Positions 10,530 through 20,176 of a DNA stretch of 64,000 bases are shown piece after piece. The translations under genes and the position numbers were made by a program. This DNA comes from Bacillota bacterium (GTDB lineage: Bacteria > Bacillota > Limnochordia > Darwinibacteriales > Darwinibacteriaceae). The notes beneath the pieces are model-generated. The model saw only the letters and a list, made by a program, of their open reading frames with translations. It did no database searches and was not told the origin of the DNA. Position 1 is the first letter of the stretch; every line of letters starts with the position of its first letter. Where the stretch lies: assembly GCA_012521335.1 (NCBI GenBank), contig JAAYMM010000038.1, positions 4,051 to 68,050 on the forward strand, read 5' to 3'.

Positions 10530-11741
10530 GTGAAACTACCGGAACTGTTAGCTCCGGCAGGGAACATGGAAAAGGCCCGCGTGGCCATGGAATATGGAGC
10601 CGATGCCATCTACCTGGCAGGCAAGTCCTTCGGCATGCGGGCTAAGGCGGGCAACTTCAGCACGGAAGAGCTGAAGGAGGTGCTGGCGCTGGCCCGGGAG
10701 AAGGGCGTGAAGGTATACGTAACAGTGAACACCTATCCCCGCAATGAGGAAATGGACGAGCTGCCCGGTTATCTGGCGGAGCTGGATGAGCTGGGGGTGG
10801 ACGCCCTGATCATAGCCGACGTGGGCGTTCTGGCCCTAGCGAAACAGTACGCTCCCAGCCTTGCCTTGCACTTAAGCACTCAGGCCAACACGGTCAACTA
10901 CCAGGCAGCCCGATTTTGGGAGGGGCTAGGGCTTTCCCGCCTGGTTATGGCCAGGGAGTTAAGCCGGGAGGAGATCGCCCGGGTGCGCCAAGAAACCAGC
11001 CTAGAGCTGGAGGTCTTTGTGCACGGAGCCATGTGCGTGGCCTATTCAGGCCGCTGCCTGTTGAGCAACGTGCTCACTGGTCGAGATGCCAACCGGGGTG
11101 AGTGCTCCCAGAGCTGCCGCTGGCGCTATGCAGTGGTGGAAGAAAAGCGGCCGGGAGAGTATATGCCCATCGATGAAGATGAAAGCGGCACCCACATTTT
11201 CAACTCCAGGGATCTGCGCTTGATTGAGTATATCCCCGACCTAGTGAAAATAGGAGTGGACAGCCTTAAGATCGAAGGGCGCATGAAGAGCGCCTATTAT
11301 GTGGCTACGGTGGTACGGGCGTACCGCCAGGCCCTGGATCTCTATGCCCAGGATCCTGAGAATTACCAGCTTCCCCTAGATCTTTTGGACGAGCTGGAAA
11401 AAGTGAGTCACAGGCCGTATTGGGCGGGCTTCTTCGTGCCAACGGGTGCGGGAATATACCGCCCCAGCAGTGCTTACATCCAAACCCACGAAGTGGTGGG
11501 TGTGGTAGAGAGCTATGACCCGGCCAGCGGTGAAGCGGTGGTGGGCGTGCGCAACCGCCTTCCCTTAGGCGCAGAGGTAGAAGTACTGCAGCCCCAAGGC
11601 CCTGTGTTCAAGACCGTGGTCAGCCGCTTGATTCAAGCAGAAACCGCAGACGAGCTGGAGGCGGCCCACGCCAATTATAGAGTGCGTATCCCCATGGAGC
11701 AGGTGCAACCCTACTCCTTGCTGAGAATGAAGGTAGAGTGA
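10530..11741 (+). CDS. peptidase U32 family protein (collagenase-like)
   Basis: 403 aa, PAGNMEKARVAMEYGADAIY N-terminus typical of U32; GTG start in good RBS context. Confidence 0.85.
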   Translation: MKLPELLAPAGNMEKARVAMEYGADAIYLAGKSFGMRAKAGNFSTEELKEVLALAREKGVKVYVTVNTYPRNEEMDELPGYLAELDELGVDALIIADVGVLALAKQYAPSLALHLSTQANTVNYQAARFWEGLGLSRLVMARELSREEIARVRQETSLELEVFVHGAMCVAYSGRCLLSNVLTGRDANRGECSQSCRWRYAVVEEKRPGEYMPIDEDESGTHIFNSRDLRLIEYIPDLVKIGVDSLKIEGRMKSAYYVATVVRAYRQALDLYAQDPENYQLPLDLLDELEKVSHRPYWAGFFVPTGAGIYRPSSAYIQTHEVVGVVESYDPASGEAVVGVRNRLPLGAEVEVLQPQGPVFKTVVSRLIQAETADELEAAHANYRVRIPMEQVQPYSLLRMKVE

Positions 11742-11749
11742 GCAGCAAG

Positions 11750-11781
11750 CCCGGGACCGAGACTTGGTTCTGGGTTTTTTG
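11750..11781 (+). terminator. rho-independent terminator
   Basis: CCCGGGACC-gagactt-GGTTCTGGG (with G-U pairs) then TTTTTT. Confidence 0.55.
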
Positions 11782-11792
11782 GAGGAGGAACC

Positions 11793-13151
11793 ATGAGCAA
11801 CTGGCGAGTAGGAGCAGAGCATGAGCTGGAGATCACCGGCCTCACCCACGAGGGATTGGGAGTGGGGAGAGTCGACAGCAGAGTTGTGTTCACCCCCCAG
11901 GCGATCCCCGGGGATCGGGTTCAGGTGCGCATAGTGCATGTGAAAGAACGCCTGGCTTACGGTGAGCTCCTAAGCATTGTGGAGAAGTCCCCGGATCGGC
12001 GGGAACCAAGCTGCCCGCACGCTCCGCTCTGCGGGGGCTGCCAGCTGCAGCACATGGACTACCCGGCCCAGCTCCAATGGAAGAGGCAGCAGGTGCAAGA
12101 CGCCCTAGAACGCCTAGGAGGCCTGGAGGTGGAGGTTCTGCCTACGATCGGCATGGATGAACCCTACCATTACCGCAACAAAGCCCAACTGCCCCTGGGC
12201 AGGCAGGGCAGGAACGTGGTTATGGGCTTTTTCCAAAGGGGCAGCCATGCGATTGTAGATCTAAGTGGGTGTGAGATCCAGCATCCCTTGATTACGAGGT
12301 TGGCCCTGGCTGTCAAGACCGCGGTCAGGGATTTGGGCATCGAACCTTACGATGAAGTGCGCCACAGCGGGGTGCTCCGGCACGCCGTGATTAGAGTCAG
12401 CTTTGCCCACAGCAGGCTCATGCTCGTCCTGGTAACGCGTACCCGGGAGCTTCCTCGGGCCCAGGAACTCATCGCCCGGCTCACTGGGGAGATACCGGAG
12501 CTGGCCAGCGTGGTGCACAATATCAACCCCCAAGTGACCAATGTGATCTTGGGCAGGGAGACCAACGTGCTCTGGGGAGACGAGTATCTACTAGATGCCA
12601 TCGGGCATGTGCGCTACGCCGTATCGCCGCTTTCGTTCTTCCAGGTCAACCCCATTCAGACTAAGGTCCTCTACGATCTCGTGCAGGAACGACTGCATCT
12701 CTCGGGCCGGGAAACAGTGCTCGATCTGTACTGCGGAGCGGGAACCATAGGGCTGTATCTGGCTGCCCGCGCGAAAAAGGTGATTGGTGTGGAAACCGTT
12801 GTGCCCGCAGTAGAGGACGCCCGGCGCAACGCCAAATTGAACGGGATCACCAATGCGGAGTTCCACGCAGGCAGGGCGGAGGAGGTGCTGCCCAGGTTGA
12901 TTAGAGAACATGCCGCGGTTGATGCCGCGATAGTGGATCCCCCCCGGAAGGGCTGCGAGGCGGCGGTCTTGGAGGCTTTGGCGGAAGCGGGTGTGCCTGC
13001 CCTGGTCTACGTATCCTGCAACCCGGCCACCTTTGCCCGGGATCTGAGTCGTTTGACTGGTCTGGGCTACAAGGCAGGGCCGATTCAACCGGTGGATATG
13101 TTTCCCTGGACGAGCCATGTCGAGACTGTTAGTCTGTTGTCCAGGACTTGA
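11793..13151 (+). CDS. rlmD: 23S rRNA (uracil-C5)-methyltransferase, RumA/RlmD family, with TRAM domain
   Basis: 452 aa; N-terminal TRAM, 4-Cys cluster (CPHAPLCGGCQLQH), C-terminal SAM fold (DLYCGAGTIG) and catalytic Cys near C-terminus. Confidence 0.85.
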   Translation: MSNWRVGAEHELEITGLTHEGLGVGRVDSRVVFTPQAIPGDRVQVRIVHVKERLAYGELLSIVEKSPDRREPSCPHAPLCGGCQLQHMDYPAQLQWKRQQVQDALERLGGLEVEVLPTIGMDEPYHYRNKAQLPLGRQGRNVVMGFFQRGSHAIVDLSGCEIQHPLITRLALAVKTAVRDLGIEPYDEVRHSGVLRHAVIRVSFAHSRLMLVLVTRTRELPRAQELIARLTGEIPELASVVHNINPQVTNVILGRETNVLWGDEYLLDAIGHVRYAVSPLSFFQVNPIQTKVLYDLVQERLHLSGRETVLDLYCGAGTIGLYLAARAKKVIGVETVVPAVEDARRNAKLNGITNAEFHAGRAEEVLPRLIREHAAVDAAIVDPPRKGCEAAVLEALAEAGVPALVYVSCNPATFARDLSRLTGLGYKAGPIQPVDMFPWTSHVETVSLLSRT

Positions 13152-13165
13152 GGGAGGTAGACAAC

Positions 13166-13564
13166 ATGGATAATCCTGTCCTGAATGCTGAAGTGACGGC
13201 CTTTCTTGATGCCCAAGCGCACCCTCTTCGGGAGCTCATCGAAAGCCTGCGCAGAGTTATCTTGAGTGGGGGACCGGGTTTGGTTGAAAATATCAAATGG
13301 AATGGACCGAATTACAGTCTTGCTGGTGAAGACCGCATCACCATGAGGATCCATCCGCCCAAGCAGGTTCAGGTGGTTCTGCACCGCGGTGCGCGGGTGC
13401 AGGAGCAGCCCAAGGAAAGACTCTTGGCGGATGAAGGCGCTCTGCTTGTTTGGAAGGCCAACGACCGGGCAGTGCTCACCTTTAGGGACCTAGCAGAACT
13501 TGAGCAGCACGAAGCTGTGGTTAGACGCATCGTCGGGCAGTGGCTGGCGGCGACTGCAGATTAA
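13166..13564 (+). CDS. DUF1801 (YdhG-like) domain protein
   Basis: about 132 aa; ATG 13166 with GAGGGAGG RBS. Confidence 0.55.
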   Translation: MDNPVLNAEVTAFLDAQAHPLRELIESLRRVILSGGPGLVENIKWNGPNYSLAGEDRITMRIHPPKQVQVVLHRGARVQEQPKERLLADEGALLVWKANDRAVLTFRDLAELEQHEAVVRRIVGQWLAATAD

Positions 13565-13599
13565 CCTGGCGGAGAGAATGTATCGGAGTGGTCTGCGGA

Positions 13600-13710
13600 A
13601 TGCGCGTAGAGAACATTGAAGACCCGCTGATGCGGCAGATCCGCTGGCTGGACAAGCTCATCGATGAGCTGGCGAAAGGAAAGCCCATGGAGAAGATCCT
13701 TCGCAGGTGA
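13600..13710 (+). CDS. possible 36-aa small protein upstream of GGDEF gene
   Basis: short [39 protein letters not shown] not in the ORF track (below its size floor); no strong RBS. Confidence 0.2.
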   Translation: MRVENIEDPLMRQIRWLDKLIDELAKGKPMEKILRR

Positions 13711-13756
13711 GCAATGGAGCCTGCCGAACTGCGCGGCTTAGAGGGAGAAAGAACGT

Positions 13757-14860
13757 ATGCACATCGCAACATATCTCGTAGACATAGCGGCTCTGGGCTG
13801 CCTGATGGGGTTGCTCTACTCCGACACGGCCCTGAGTACAGAACGCAGGAGACCTTTCTTGGCAGCGGCGTTACTCTCTGTTGTGGCGATTCTGTCTGAG
13901 GCAGGAACGATCTTCGCCAGCCCCGATCAGCTGAACCTGCGCAGCTGGCACACATTCTTCAACGCCGTGGGTTTTGCCATAAGTCCGGTGATACCGCTGG
14001 CCATAACCCTTATCTTCAGCCGAGGGCTCTTCAGAACCCGAAAACTCTTGTTGGTTCCTACCTTGCTCAATCTGCTTACAGCCGCTTTATCGCCCCGCTT
14101 CGGCCTTATTTTCAGCGTTAATGCACAGAATCAGTATGCCAGGGGCGGTTTCTTTTTTATCTTTGTCACCGCCTACGTCACCAATCTGGTGCTCCTTATC
14201 CTCATCACATTGCAGGTGGGGAAGACCAGCAACTACCCCATGGCGGGCAAGCTGGCAGCCTTGTCGGTGTTTACCATCGCCGGCACCAGCATCCAGCTTC
14301 TTTATCCTACAGTGTACACCACTTGGCACTGCGTTACGCTGGCTCTCCTGCTCTATTTCCTTCTGCTGGCCGAGTTCGACAGCAGTTTTGATGAGCTCAC
14401 CTGTCTGTACAACCGGGCCGCCTTTGACCAGGCAGTGCGGCAGATGGGGGCAAGCGAGCCTTTCTCCCTGATCATGCTGGATATTGATGATTTCAAAGCG
14501 ATCAACGATACCTACGGCCACGACTGCGGCGACGGGGTGATCAAGACCATCGCTGCTGTGATCCGCGCCTCCTTTGGCAAGGGCTACACCTGCTATCGCG
14601 TTGGCGGCGACGAGTTTTCCATCATCGGAGGAGAAACAGAAAAAGCAGGGCTGGAAAGGCAGCTGGAGCAGTTCGCGACGAACCTAGCGGCAGCGCGCAC
14701 CCCGGGGCAGCTCTTACCCACCGTCTCTTACGGCTACAGCATCTTCCCAGGAGGCAGCAGGCTGGATTTCAGCCAAGTCCGCCAAGAGGCAGATGACCAG
14801 ATGTACCGCTGCAAAAGAACGCATAAAGCAGAAGATGCACAGAGCCAGGCCGGCAAATAG
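13757..14860 (+). CDS. membrane-anchored diguanylate cyclase (GGDEF domain)
   Basis: about 6 TM helices then GGDEF domain with intact RVGGDEF active site. Confidence 0.85.
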   Translation: MHIATYLVDIAALGCLMGLLYSDTALSTERRRPFLAAALLSVVAILSEAGTIFASPDQLNLRSWHTFFNAVGFAISPVIPLAITLIFSRGLFRTRKLLLVPTLLNLLTAALSPRFGLIFSVNAQNQYARGGFFFIFVTAYVTNLVLLILITLQVGKTSNYPMAGKLAALSVFTIAGTSIQLLYPTVYTTWHCVTLALLLYFLLLAEFDSSFDELTCLYNRAAFDQAVRQMGASEPFSLIMLDIDDFKAINDTYGHDCGDGVIKTIAAVIRASFGKGYTCYRVGGDEFSIIGGETEKAGLERQLEQFATNLAAARTPGQLLPTVSYGYSIFPGGSRLDFSQVRQEADDQMYRCKRTHKAEDAQSQAGK

Positions 14861-14998
14861 CTCTGAAGCACAGGCCGTGGGTGATCATTCGGGGTATCAT
14901 CCACCTCGCATTTTCGTACCAGAATTGTCTAGAACGGAAGACTTGTGTTAGAATTGAGGCAAAGTACGCCTTCAGCAATAGGATGGAGGACTGCCAGC

Positions 14999-15751
14999 AT
15001 GCAGTGGTATGAAAAGCTGTTTGCGAACTACGCTGCGGGATACGATCGGGAGCCGTTTACGCAGGGAACTCAGGGGGAATGCGACTTTATCGAGAGGGAG
15101 CTGAACTACGATAAGTCTCTTCGGATCATCGATGTAGGGTGCGGAACAGGCAGGCATACAATAGAGCTGACCAAACGGGGTTAGAGTGTCACCGGCATCG
15201 ACTTGTCCGCGGCTCAGTTACGCAGGGCGAGGGAAAAAGCGGAACAGGAGCAGCTGCAGATCCCTTTTGTGAGGTGCGATGCCCGCAGCCTGCCCTTTGA
15301 GCAGGAGTTTGATGCGGCGATCATGCTCTGTGAAGGTGCCTTCCCACTCATGGAGACAGACGAGATGAACTTTCAGATCTTGGCAAGCGTCACTAGAGCA
15401 CTTAAGGAACGGGCTAAGTTCATCTTTACTACCCTCAACGGCCTCCGCCCGCTGGTTCATTACCATACGCTGTATGGGCAAAATGGTGGGCAGGAGAGCA
15501 ATGCAAACGATGCAGTCTTTGACCTCGTGGCCATGCGCGAGAGTTCTACGCTGGTATTTGTAGACGATGACGGCATCCAGCGGCAGGTGGAGGTAAATGA
15601 ACGGTATTACCTGCCCACCGAGATCACCTGGCTGCTCAAGTCGCTCGGTTACAGGAAAGTTGATATCTTTGGAGTTACATTAGGGGCCTTCTCTCGAGAG
15701 GAACAGCTTACGCCAGATCATTTTGAGATGCTGGTGGTGGCGGAGAAGTAG
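14999..15751 (+). pseudogene. class I SAM-dependent methyltransferase interrupted by in-frame TAG at 15182-15184
   Basis: VGCGTGRHTIELTKRG[TAG]SVTGIDLSAAQLRRAREKA: the stop sits where Tyr normally occurs in motif I/post-I; both halves are in the same frame (ORFs 14945..15184 and 15203..15751). Confidence 0.7.
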
Positions 15752-15811
15752 GCTCGGCATGAGGGGAACTGAAGGTGGAGATGTTGGGCAGGCGAAGCAG
15801 ATGGGTAAGGC

Positions 15812-16687
15812 TTGCTTCTACTCGCGGCTGCGGTGGCCGCTGGGGGGATGTGGTACACGGTGATTGGGCAGAGAGACCATGTTCAGGCTCAGGCTTTGGG
15901 CGTTTTGGCCAATGGGAACGTGCGGCTTCTGCGCGAGCTGAATGCCAGCTGGGTACTGCCTGAGGACTACATCCTGGAAGTGAGGGAAGTAGATGGCCGA
16001 GTTGTGGAGTGGGTCCAGGAACAGGACATACAGCCCGAGCAGGTGATTCTCCAGCTGCACGGCGGTGCCTACATCCGCTCGTTAGCTGACAACGGAGCAA
16101 CCTACCGGCGCGCAGCAGTGCAGTACGCGGCAGTCAGCGGAGCCGCGGTGGCAACAGTGGATTACCGGGTGGCTCCCGAACACCCCTATCCCGCGGCGCT
16201 GGAGGATGCGGTCTTGACCTACCGCTGGCTTCTCGACCAGGGATACCAGCCGGAGAACATCATCATCGCCGGCGATTCTGCCGGGGGTGGGTTGGCCTTA
16301 GCCACAGTCATGTACCTGCGGGACAACGGGCTGCCGCTGCCCGCGGGGTTGATTACCATGTCGGCCTGGACCGATTTGGACTATGAGCGTTGGACTCCGC
16401 CCTATGTGGGCAGCCACTCCGCAGATAATCCCTATATCTCGCCTGTATACGGGGACTACACAGGTTTTCCTCCCCTGCTTATGCAGGTGGGAGGTGCCGA
16501 GCGCATGCTGGACGATACCCTGCGGGTGGCCCGAAAAGCCGAAGCAGCCGGAGTGTGTGTTCAGCAGACAACCTATCCGGGTATGTTCCACGTGTTTCAG
16601 ATGCTTTTTCCTAAGCTGCCTGAAGCGAATGAAGCTTGGCAGGAAGTCGCCGCGTTTATCAGGGAAGTCTTCACTACAGAGCAGTGA
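15812..16687 (+). CDS. alpha/beta hydrolase (esterase/lipase, HSL-like fold-3)
   Basis: HGGAY oxyanion motif and GDSAGG nucleophile elbow; N-terminal hydrophobic anchor; start codon uncertain (TTG 15812). Confidence 0.8.
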   Translation: MLLLAAAVAAGGMWYTVIGQRDHVQAQALGVLANGNVRLLRELNASWVLPEDYILEVREVDGRVVEWVQEQDIQPEQVILQLHGGAYIRSLADNGATYRRAAVQYAAVSGAAVATVDYRVAPEHPYPAALEDAVLTYRWLLDQGYQPENIIIAGDSAGGGLALATVMYLRDNGLPLPAGLITMSAWTDLDYERWTPPYVGSHSADNPYISPVYGDYTGFPPLLMQVGGAERMLDDTLRVARKAEAAGVCVQQTTYPGMFHVFQMLFPKLPEANEAWQEVAAFIREVFTTEQ

Positions 16688-16727
16688 ACATAAAGGCTAG
16701 CATGCCTAACGAAAGCAGGGGGTTTCC

Positions 16728-17300
16728 GTGGAGATCGAAATTCGCCGGCTCACACCGGAGCTGGCCGAGGATTATGTGCGCTTTTTTGATCTGACACCGC
16801 ACGATGACAATGTGGACGAGCACAAATGCTACTGTGTGTGCTGGTGCGGTGATGATGCGGAAGGCAAGGACTTTTCCACCAGGGAAAAACGCAGGGAGTA
16901 TGCACTGGAGTACGTCAAGCAAGGCAAGCTCCAAGGCTATCTGGCCTATCAGGGTGAGCGCATCGTGGGCTGGTGTAATGCCAACACCAAAGCGGAGTGC
17001 TTAAGATGCGCCAGCTGGAGGAGGTTTATGGGCAATGTGCCTGTGGAGGAGCCTGGAGACGCAAGGGTAAAATCTGTTTTCTGCTTCGTAATAGCCCCAG
17101 ATCTGCGCCGACAAGGGTTGGCTCGCTTGCTTTTGGAGCGGGTCTGCCACGATGCCGCCGAGGAAGGGTTTGCTTATGTGGAGGCCTATCCCTGGAAAGA
17201 GTTAGACTTCGGCGGATACTACGAGATGTACCAACAGAGCGGTTTTTCAGTGTTCCTGGAAACAGAGCACGGGTATGTGGTGCGCAGACCGCTGGGATAG
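16728..17300 (+). CDS. GNAT family N-acetyltransferase
   Basis: 190 aa, acetyl-CoA binding motif RRQGLARLLLE. Confidence 0.75.
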   Translation: MEIEIRRLTPELAEDYVRFFDLTPHDDNVDEHKCYCVCWCGDDAEGKDFSTREKRREYALEYVKQGKLQGYLAYQGERIVGWCNANTKAECLRCASWRRFMGNVPVEEPGDARVKSVFCFVIAPDLRRQGLARLLLERVCHDAAEEGFAYVEAYPWKELDFGGYYEMYQQSGFSVFLETEHGYVVRRPLG

Positions 17301-17363
17301 GACAAGGTGGATGGAGAACAGAACACCCTGCTTCCGAATGGGAGGCAGGGTGTTGCACATTTA

Positions 17364-17561
17364 TCATCGCTCCGGTTCTTGATGATCGGCCACATCGTCT
17401 GGAACGTAACGGCCGGTTTTTTTCCTCTGGCGGACGCAGAGGGTGAGCAGATACTCGATCTGGCCGTTTACCGATCGGAAGTCCTCGGCAGCCCAGGCTG
17501 CGATCTCGTCATACAGGTTCTTGGACAGCCGCAGCGGAACCTGTTTTTTTCGGTCAGTCAT
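17364..17561 (-). CDS. Arc/MetJ-type ribbon-helix-helix DNA-binding protein
   Basis: 65 aa; PLRLSKNLYDEIAAWAAEDFRSVNGQIEYLL resembles the Arc repressor beta-strand/helix region (RSVN.EI). Confidence 0.55.
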   Translation of the reverse strand: MTDRKKQVPLRLSKNLYDEIAAWAAEDFRSVNGQIEYLLTLCVRQRKKTGRYVPDDVADHQEPER

Positions 17562-17563
17562 CG

Positions 17564-18589
17564 CTAGTAGAGGCTGCCGCTGTTGACCACAGGCTGGGCA
17601 TCTCGGTTACCGCAGAGGACCACAAGCAGGTTGGATACCATGGCTGCCTTGCGTTCATCGTCTAGGTGAACAACGTCGTTTTCGTTCAGCTTTTCCAAGG
17701 CCATTTCCACTATGCTCACTGCACCGTCAACGATCATCTTGCGGGCGTCCACAATGGCACTGGCCTGTTGGCGCTGCAGCATCACTGCGGCGATTTCCGG
17801 AGCGTAAGCAAGGTAGGTGATCCGCGTATCCATAATTTCCAGACCGGCGTTTTCTACCCTTTCCTGCAGCAGTTTGCGGATGCGTTCAGCAACGATTGTA
17901 CTGGAACCGCGCAGGCTGCCCTCATCGGGTTGTCCATCACCAGTGGTGTCAATGCCTGGGGCCACGTCATAGGGATAGATGCGCACGATGTCGCGCACTG
18001 CACTGTCGCATTGGAGGGACAGGTATTCCTTATAGTTGTCCACATTGAACACCGCCTTGGCGGTATCGACCACTCTCCACACCACAGCAACCCCTATCTC
18101 CACCGGATTGCCCAATACGTCGTTTACCTTCTGTTTGGCGTTGTTCAAGGTCATGATTTTGAGCGAAATCTTCTTGGTGTATCTGCCGTCCACAGAAACT
18201 TGGCCGCCCGCCGTGACGGTGACCGCGAGTTTGCCGTCGCTGTCCACGTCTCCGCTCTGCCCCAGGCGCGTCCTGGCTGCCGGGTTTACAGCGACAGCAA
18301 AGGGGTTGACGAAGTAGAATCCTGGTTCATTGAGTGTGCCGATGTACTTACCAAACAGGGTCAAAACCAGCGCTTCCTGGGGCTTTATGATCTTCAGGCC
18401 AAGGAAGGGAATGAAGCCAACCACGACCCAGAGGATACCTAAAGCCAGCAGCACACCGCCTAAGGCATTAGAACCTCGGTCTAGCAGGACACCGCCCGCA
18501 ATGATCGCGGCAACGGCCAGCAGATACAGGAGGATGAAGAGAATCAGATAGGGCATTCCTGGTCTAGCTCTGAGCACCTTTTCCTGCAT
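17564..18589 (-). CDS. SPFH/band-7 (stomatin/prohibitin-like) membrane protein
   Basis: two N-terminal TM helices then SPFH-like domain; ATG at 18589 with GAGGTG RBS (the ORF track's upstream extension lacks one). Confidence 0.75.
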   Translation of the reverse strand: MQEKVLRARPGMPYLILFILLYLLAVAAIIAGGVLLDRGSNALGGVLLALGILWVVVGFIPFLGLKIIKPQEALVLTLFGKYIGTLNEPGFYFVNPFAVAVNPAARTRLGQSGDVDSDGKLAVTVTAGGQVSVDGRYTKKISLKIMTLNNAKQKVNDVLGNPVEIGVAVVWRVVDTAKAVFNVDNYKEYLSLQCDSAVRDIVRIYPYDVAPGIDTTGDGQPDEGSLRGSSTIVAERIRKLLQERVENAGLEIMDTRITYLAYAPEIAAVMLQRQQASAIVDARKMIVDGAVSIVEMALEKLNENDVVHLDDERKAAMVSNLLVVLCGNRDAQPVVNSGSLY

Positions 18590-18611
18590 AGTAACACCTC
18601 GCATATCGTTG

Positions 18612-18630
18612 TGATATCTTAATGATATCA
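18612..18630. promoter_or_regulatory. palindromic candidate operator TGATATC-ttaa-TGATATCA upstream of the SPFH gene
   Basis: Two copies of self-complementary TGATATCA about 25 bp upstream of the start codon. Confidence 0.35.
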
Positions 18631-18846
18631 TACGGGAGAAGGTGGAACAAGAGGTTTTTTCCAGCTCTGGTAGGCGCTGGGTACAGGTTACTCCCAGGTG
18701 GGCTTGCTCGTATGTTCTCGTTTATGGTAACATATAGGTGTCCCGGTTAATTTTTGGAAGAGTTTTCGAGAATAAGGCGAAGGAGGTGTAAGTCGAATCG
18801 ATCTGAGCAGAATGCCGGGTCAACTTAATTACAAAAGACAAGGAGT

Positions 18847-20097
18847 GTGACCATGATGAAGAAGCTCTTAGTAGTGGTGACAGTTTTCCTGATGGCTTTT
18901 GGAATTGCGGTTAGTGCAGCGGCGCAACAGACGATCACTTTGGAGTTTGCAACCAACGCTCCTCCGCTGGTGACCAATGCTTATAAAGAAGTGGCCAAGG
19001 CGTTTAACGAAAAGTACCCCCATATTATCGTCGATGTGACCAGTCAAGGAGCTGAATTTGAAGCCTTGATGCGGACGAGGATGGCGAGCTTGGATCTGCC
19101 TGATATGTGGACGACACACGGCTGGTCCGTAGAGCGCTACAGTGAGTATCTACGCCCCCTCAACGACCAGCCCTGGATAGAAGATATCATCGAATCGATG
19201 CTGCCCACTATATCCAACGATGAAGGCCAAATCTTCGTGCTGCCCATCGACTCGGATCAAGCAGGCATCGTGGTCAACAAGACCGTTTTGGAGCGGGCCG
19301 GCGTGGACTACTACGACCTGCACACCTGGGACGATTTCAGGGATGCCTTTGAAAAGGTGAAAAAGAGCGGTGCGACACCGGCCGGTTTTTACGGCAGGGA
19401 TCCTCGCTCTTTCGCCCGCTTCCTGCTTTGGGCTGGCAGCTCGTTGTTTACCACCAGTCCGTCCCATGACTATTCTGAGCAGCTGCTTGATGGTACGTTT
19501 GATTGGTCCCGCTGGGATACTGCGAACGAGCTGTTGCTTGAGATGAAGGAAAAAGGCTACATGAATCCTGACGTACTTACCGCTACGGCAGATAGTGTGC
19601 ACCAGAGCATGGCCCTAGACGAGATAGCCTTTTTATTCACCAACAACTCCGCCGTAGTCAGTGTCCTGGAGTATAATCCGGATGCGAAGATGGGCTTTAT
19701 CCCTGTGTTCGCCTACCATCCTGATGGACCAAGGTTCTTGATTGGCGGAGAGCGTAACGCTGTGGGCATCGCCTTCAACACGCCCTATGAGGAAGAATGC
19801 CTGTTGTTCTTAGAATTCTTGACGCAGCCAGAGAATGTACGCCTGATCTCTGAGGCCCAGGGGTTGCCGCCGGCACTCAAGGGCATTGAAAACGACCTCG
19901 GACCGCTGACTGAAGACTACCAAAGATGGCAAGGGCTACCAATTGTACCCTACTTCGACAGGGCATACCTCCCCAGCGGGATGTGGAGCGTGCTGCAGAA
20001 CGTGGGAGCAGGCGTTGTCTCTGGGGAATACACACCCTCTGAAGGTTCCAAGATTCTGGAGGAGAACTACCATCGTCTGCGGGCAGAGAACCAGTAA
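18847..20097 (+). CDS. carbohydrate ABC transporter substrate-binding protein
   Basis: 416 aa, signal peptide/lipobox-like N-terminus, family-1 solute-binding protein features. Confidence 0.9.
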   Translation: MTMMKKLLVVVTVFLMAFGIAVSAAAQQTITLEFATNAPPLVTNAYKEVAKAFNEKYPHIIVDVTSQGAEFEALMRTRMASLDLPDMWTTHGWSVERYSEYLRPLNDQPWIEDIIESMLPTISNDEGQIFVLPIDSDQAGIVVNKTVLERAGVDYYDLHTWDDFRDAFEKVKKSGATPAGFYGRDPRSFARFLLWAGSSLFTTSPSHDYSEQLLDGTFDWSRWDTANELLLEMKEKGYMNPDVLTATADSVHQSMALDEIAFLFTNNSAVVSVLEYNPDAKMGFIPVFAYHPDGPRFLIGGERNAVGIAFNTPYEEECLLFLEFLTQPENVRLISEAQGLPPALKGIENDLGPLTEDYQRWQGLPIVPYFDRAYLPSGMWSVLQNVGAGVVSGEYTPSEGSKILEENYHRLRAENQ

Positions 20098-20114
20098 CAC
20101 AGGATGATCAGAAC

Positions 20115-20151
20115 CTTGAGTATTGCCGCTTTTTGGGCGGCAATACTCAAG
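20115..20151 (+). promoter_or_regulatory. perfect 15-bp inverted repeat (stem-loop) between the binding-protein and permease genes
   Basis: CTTGAGTATTGCCGC-tttttgg-GCGGCAATACTCAAG. Confidence 0.7.
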
Positions 20152-20176
20152 CCGTTTTCGGCGGGGAGGTGCGGCT

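Noticed and set aside
17307-17567. Plus-strand 86-aa ORF in frame with the GNAT gene stop
   Set aside because: It is the antisense shadow of the better-supported minus-strand Arc-like gene (17364..17561), and it has no ribosome-binding site or recognisable motifs.
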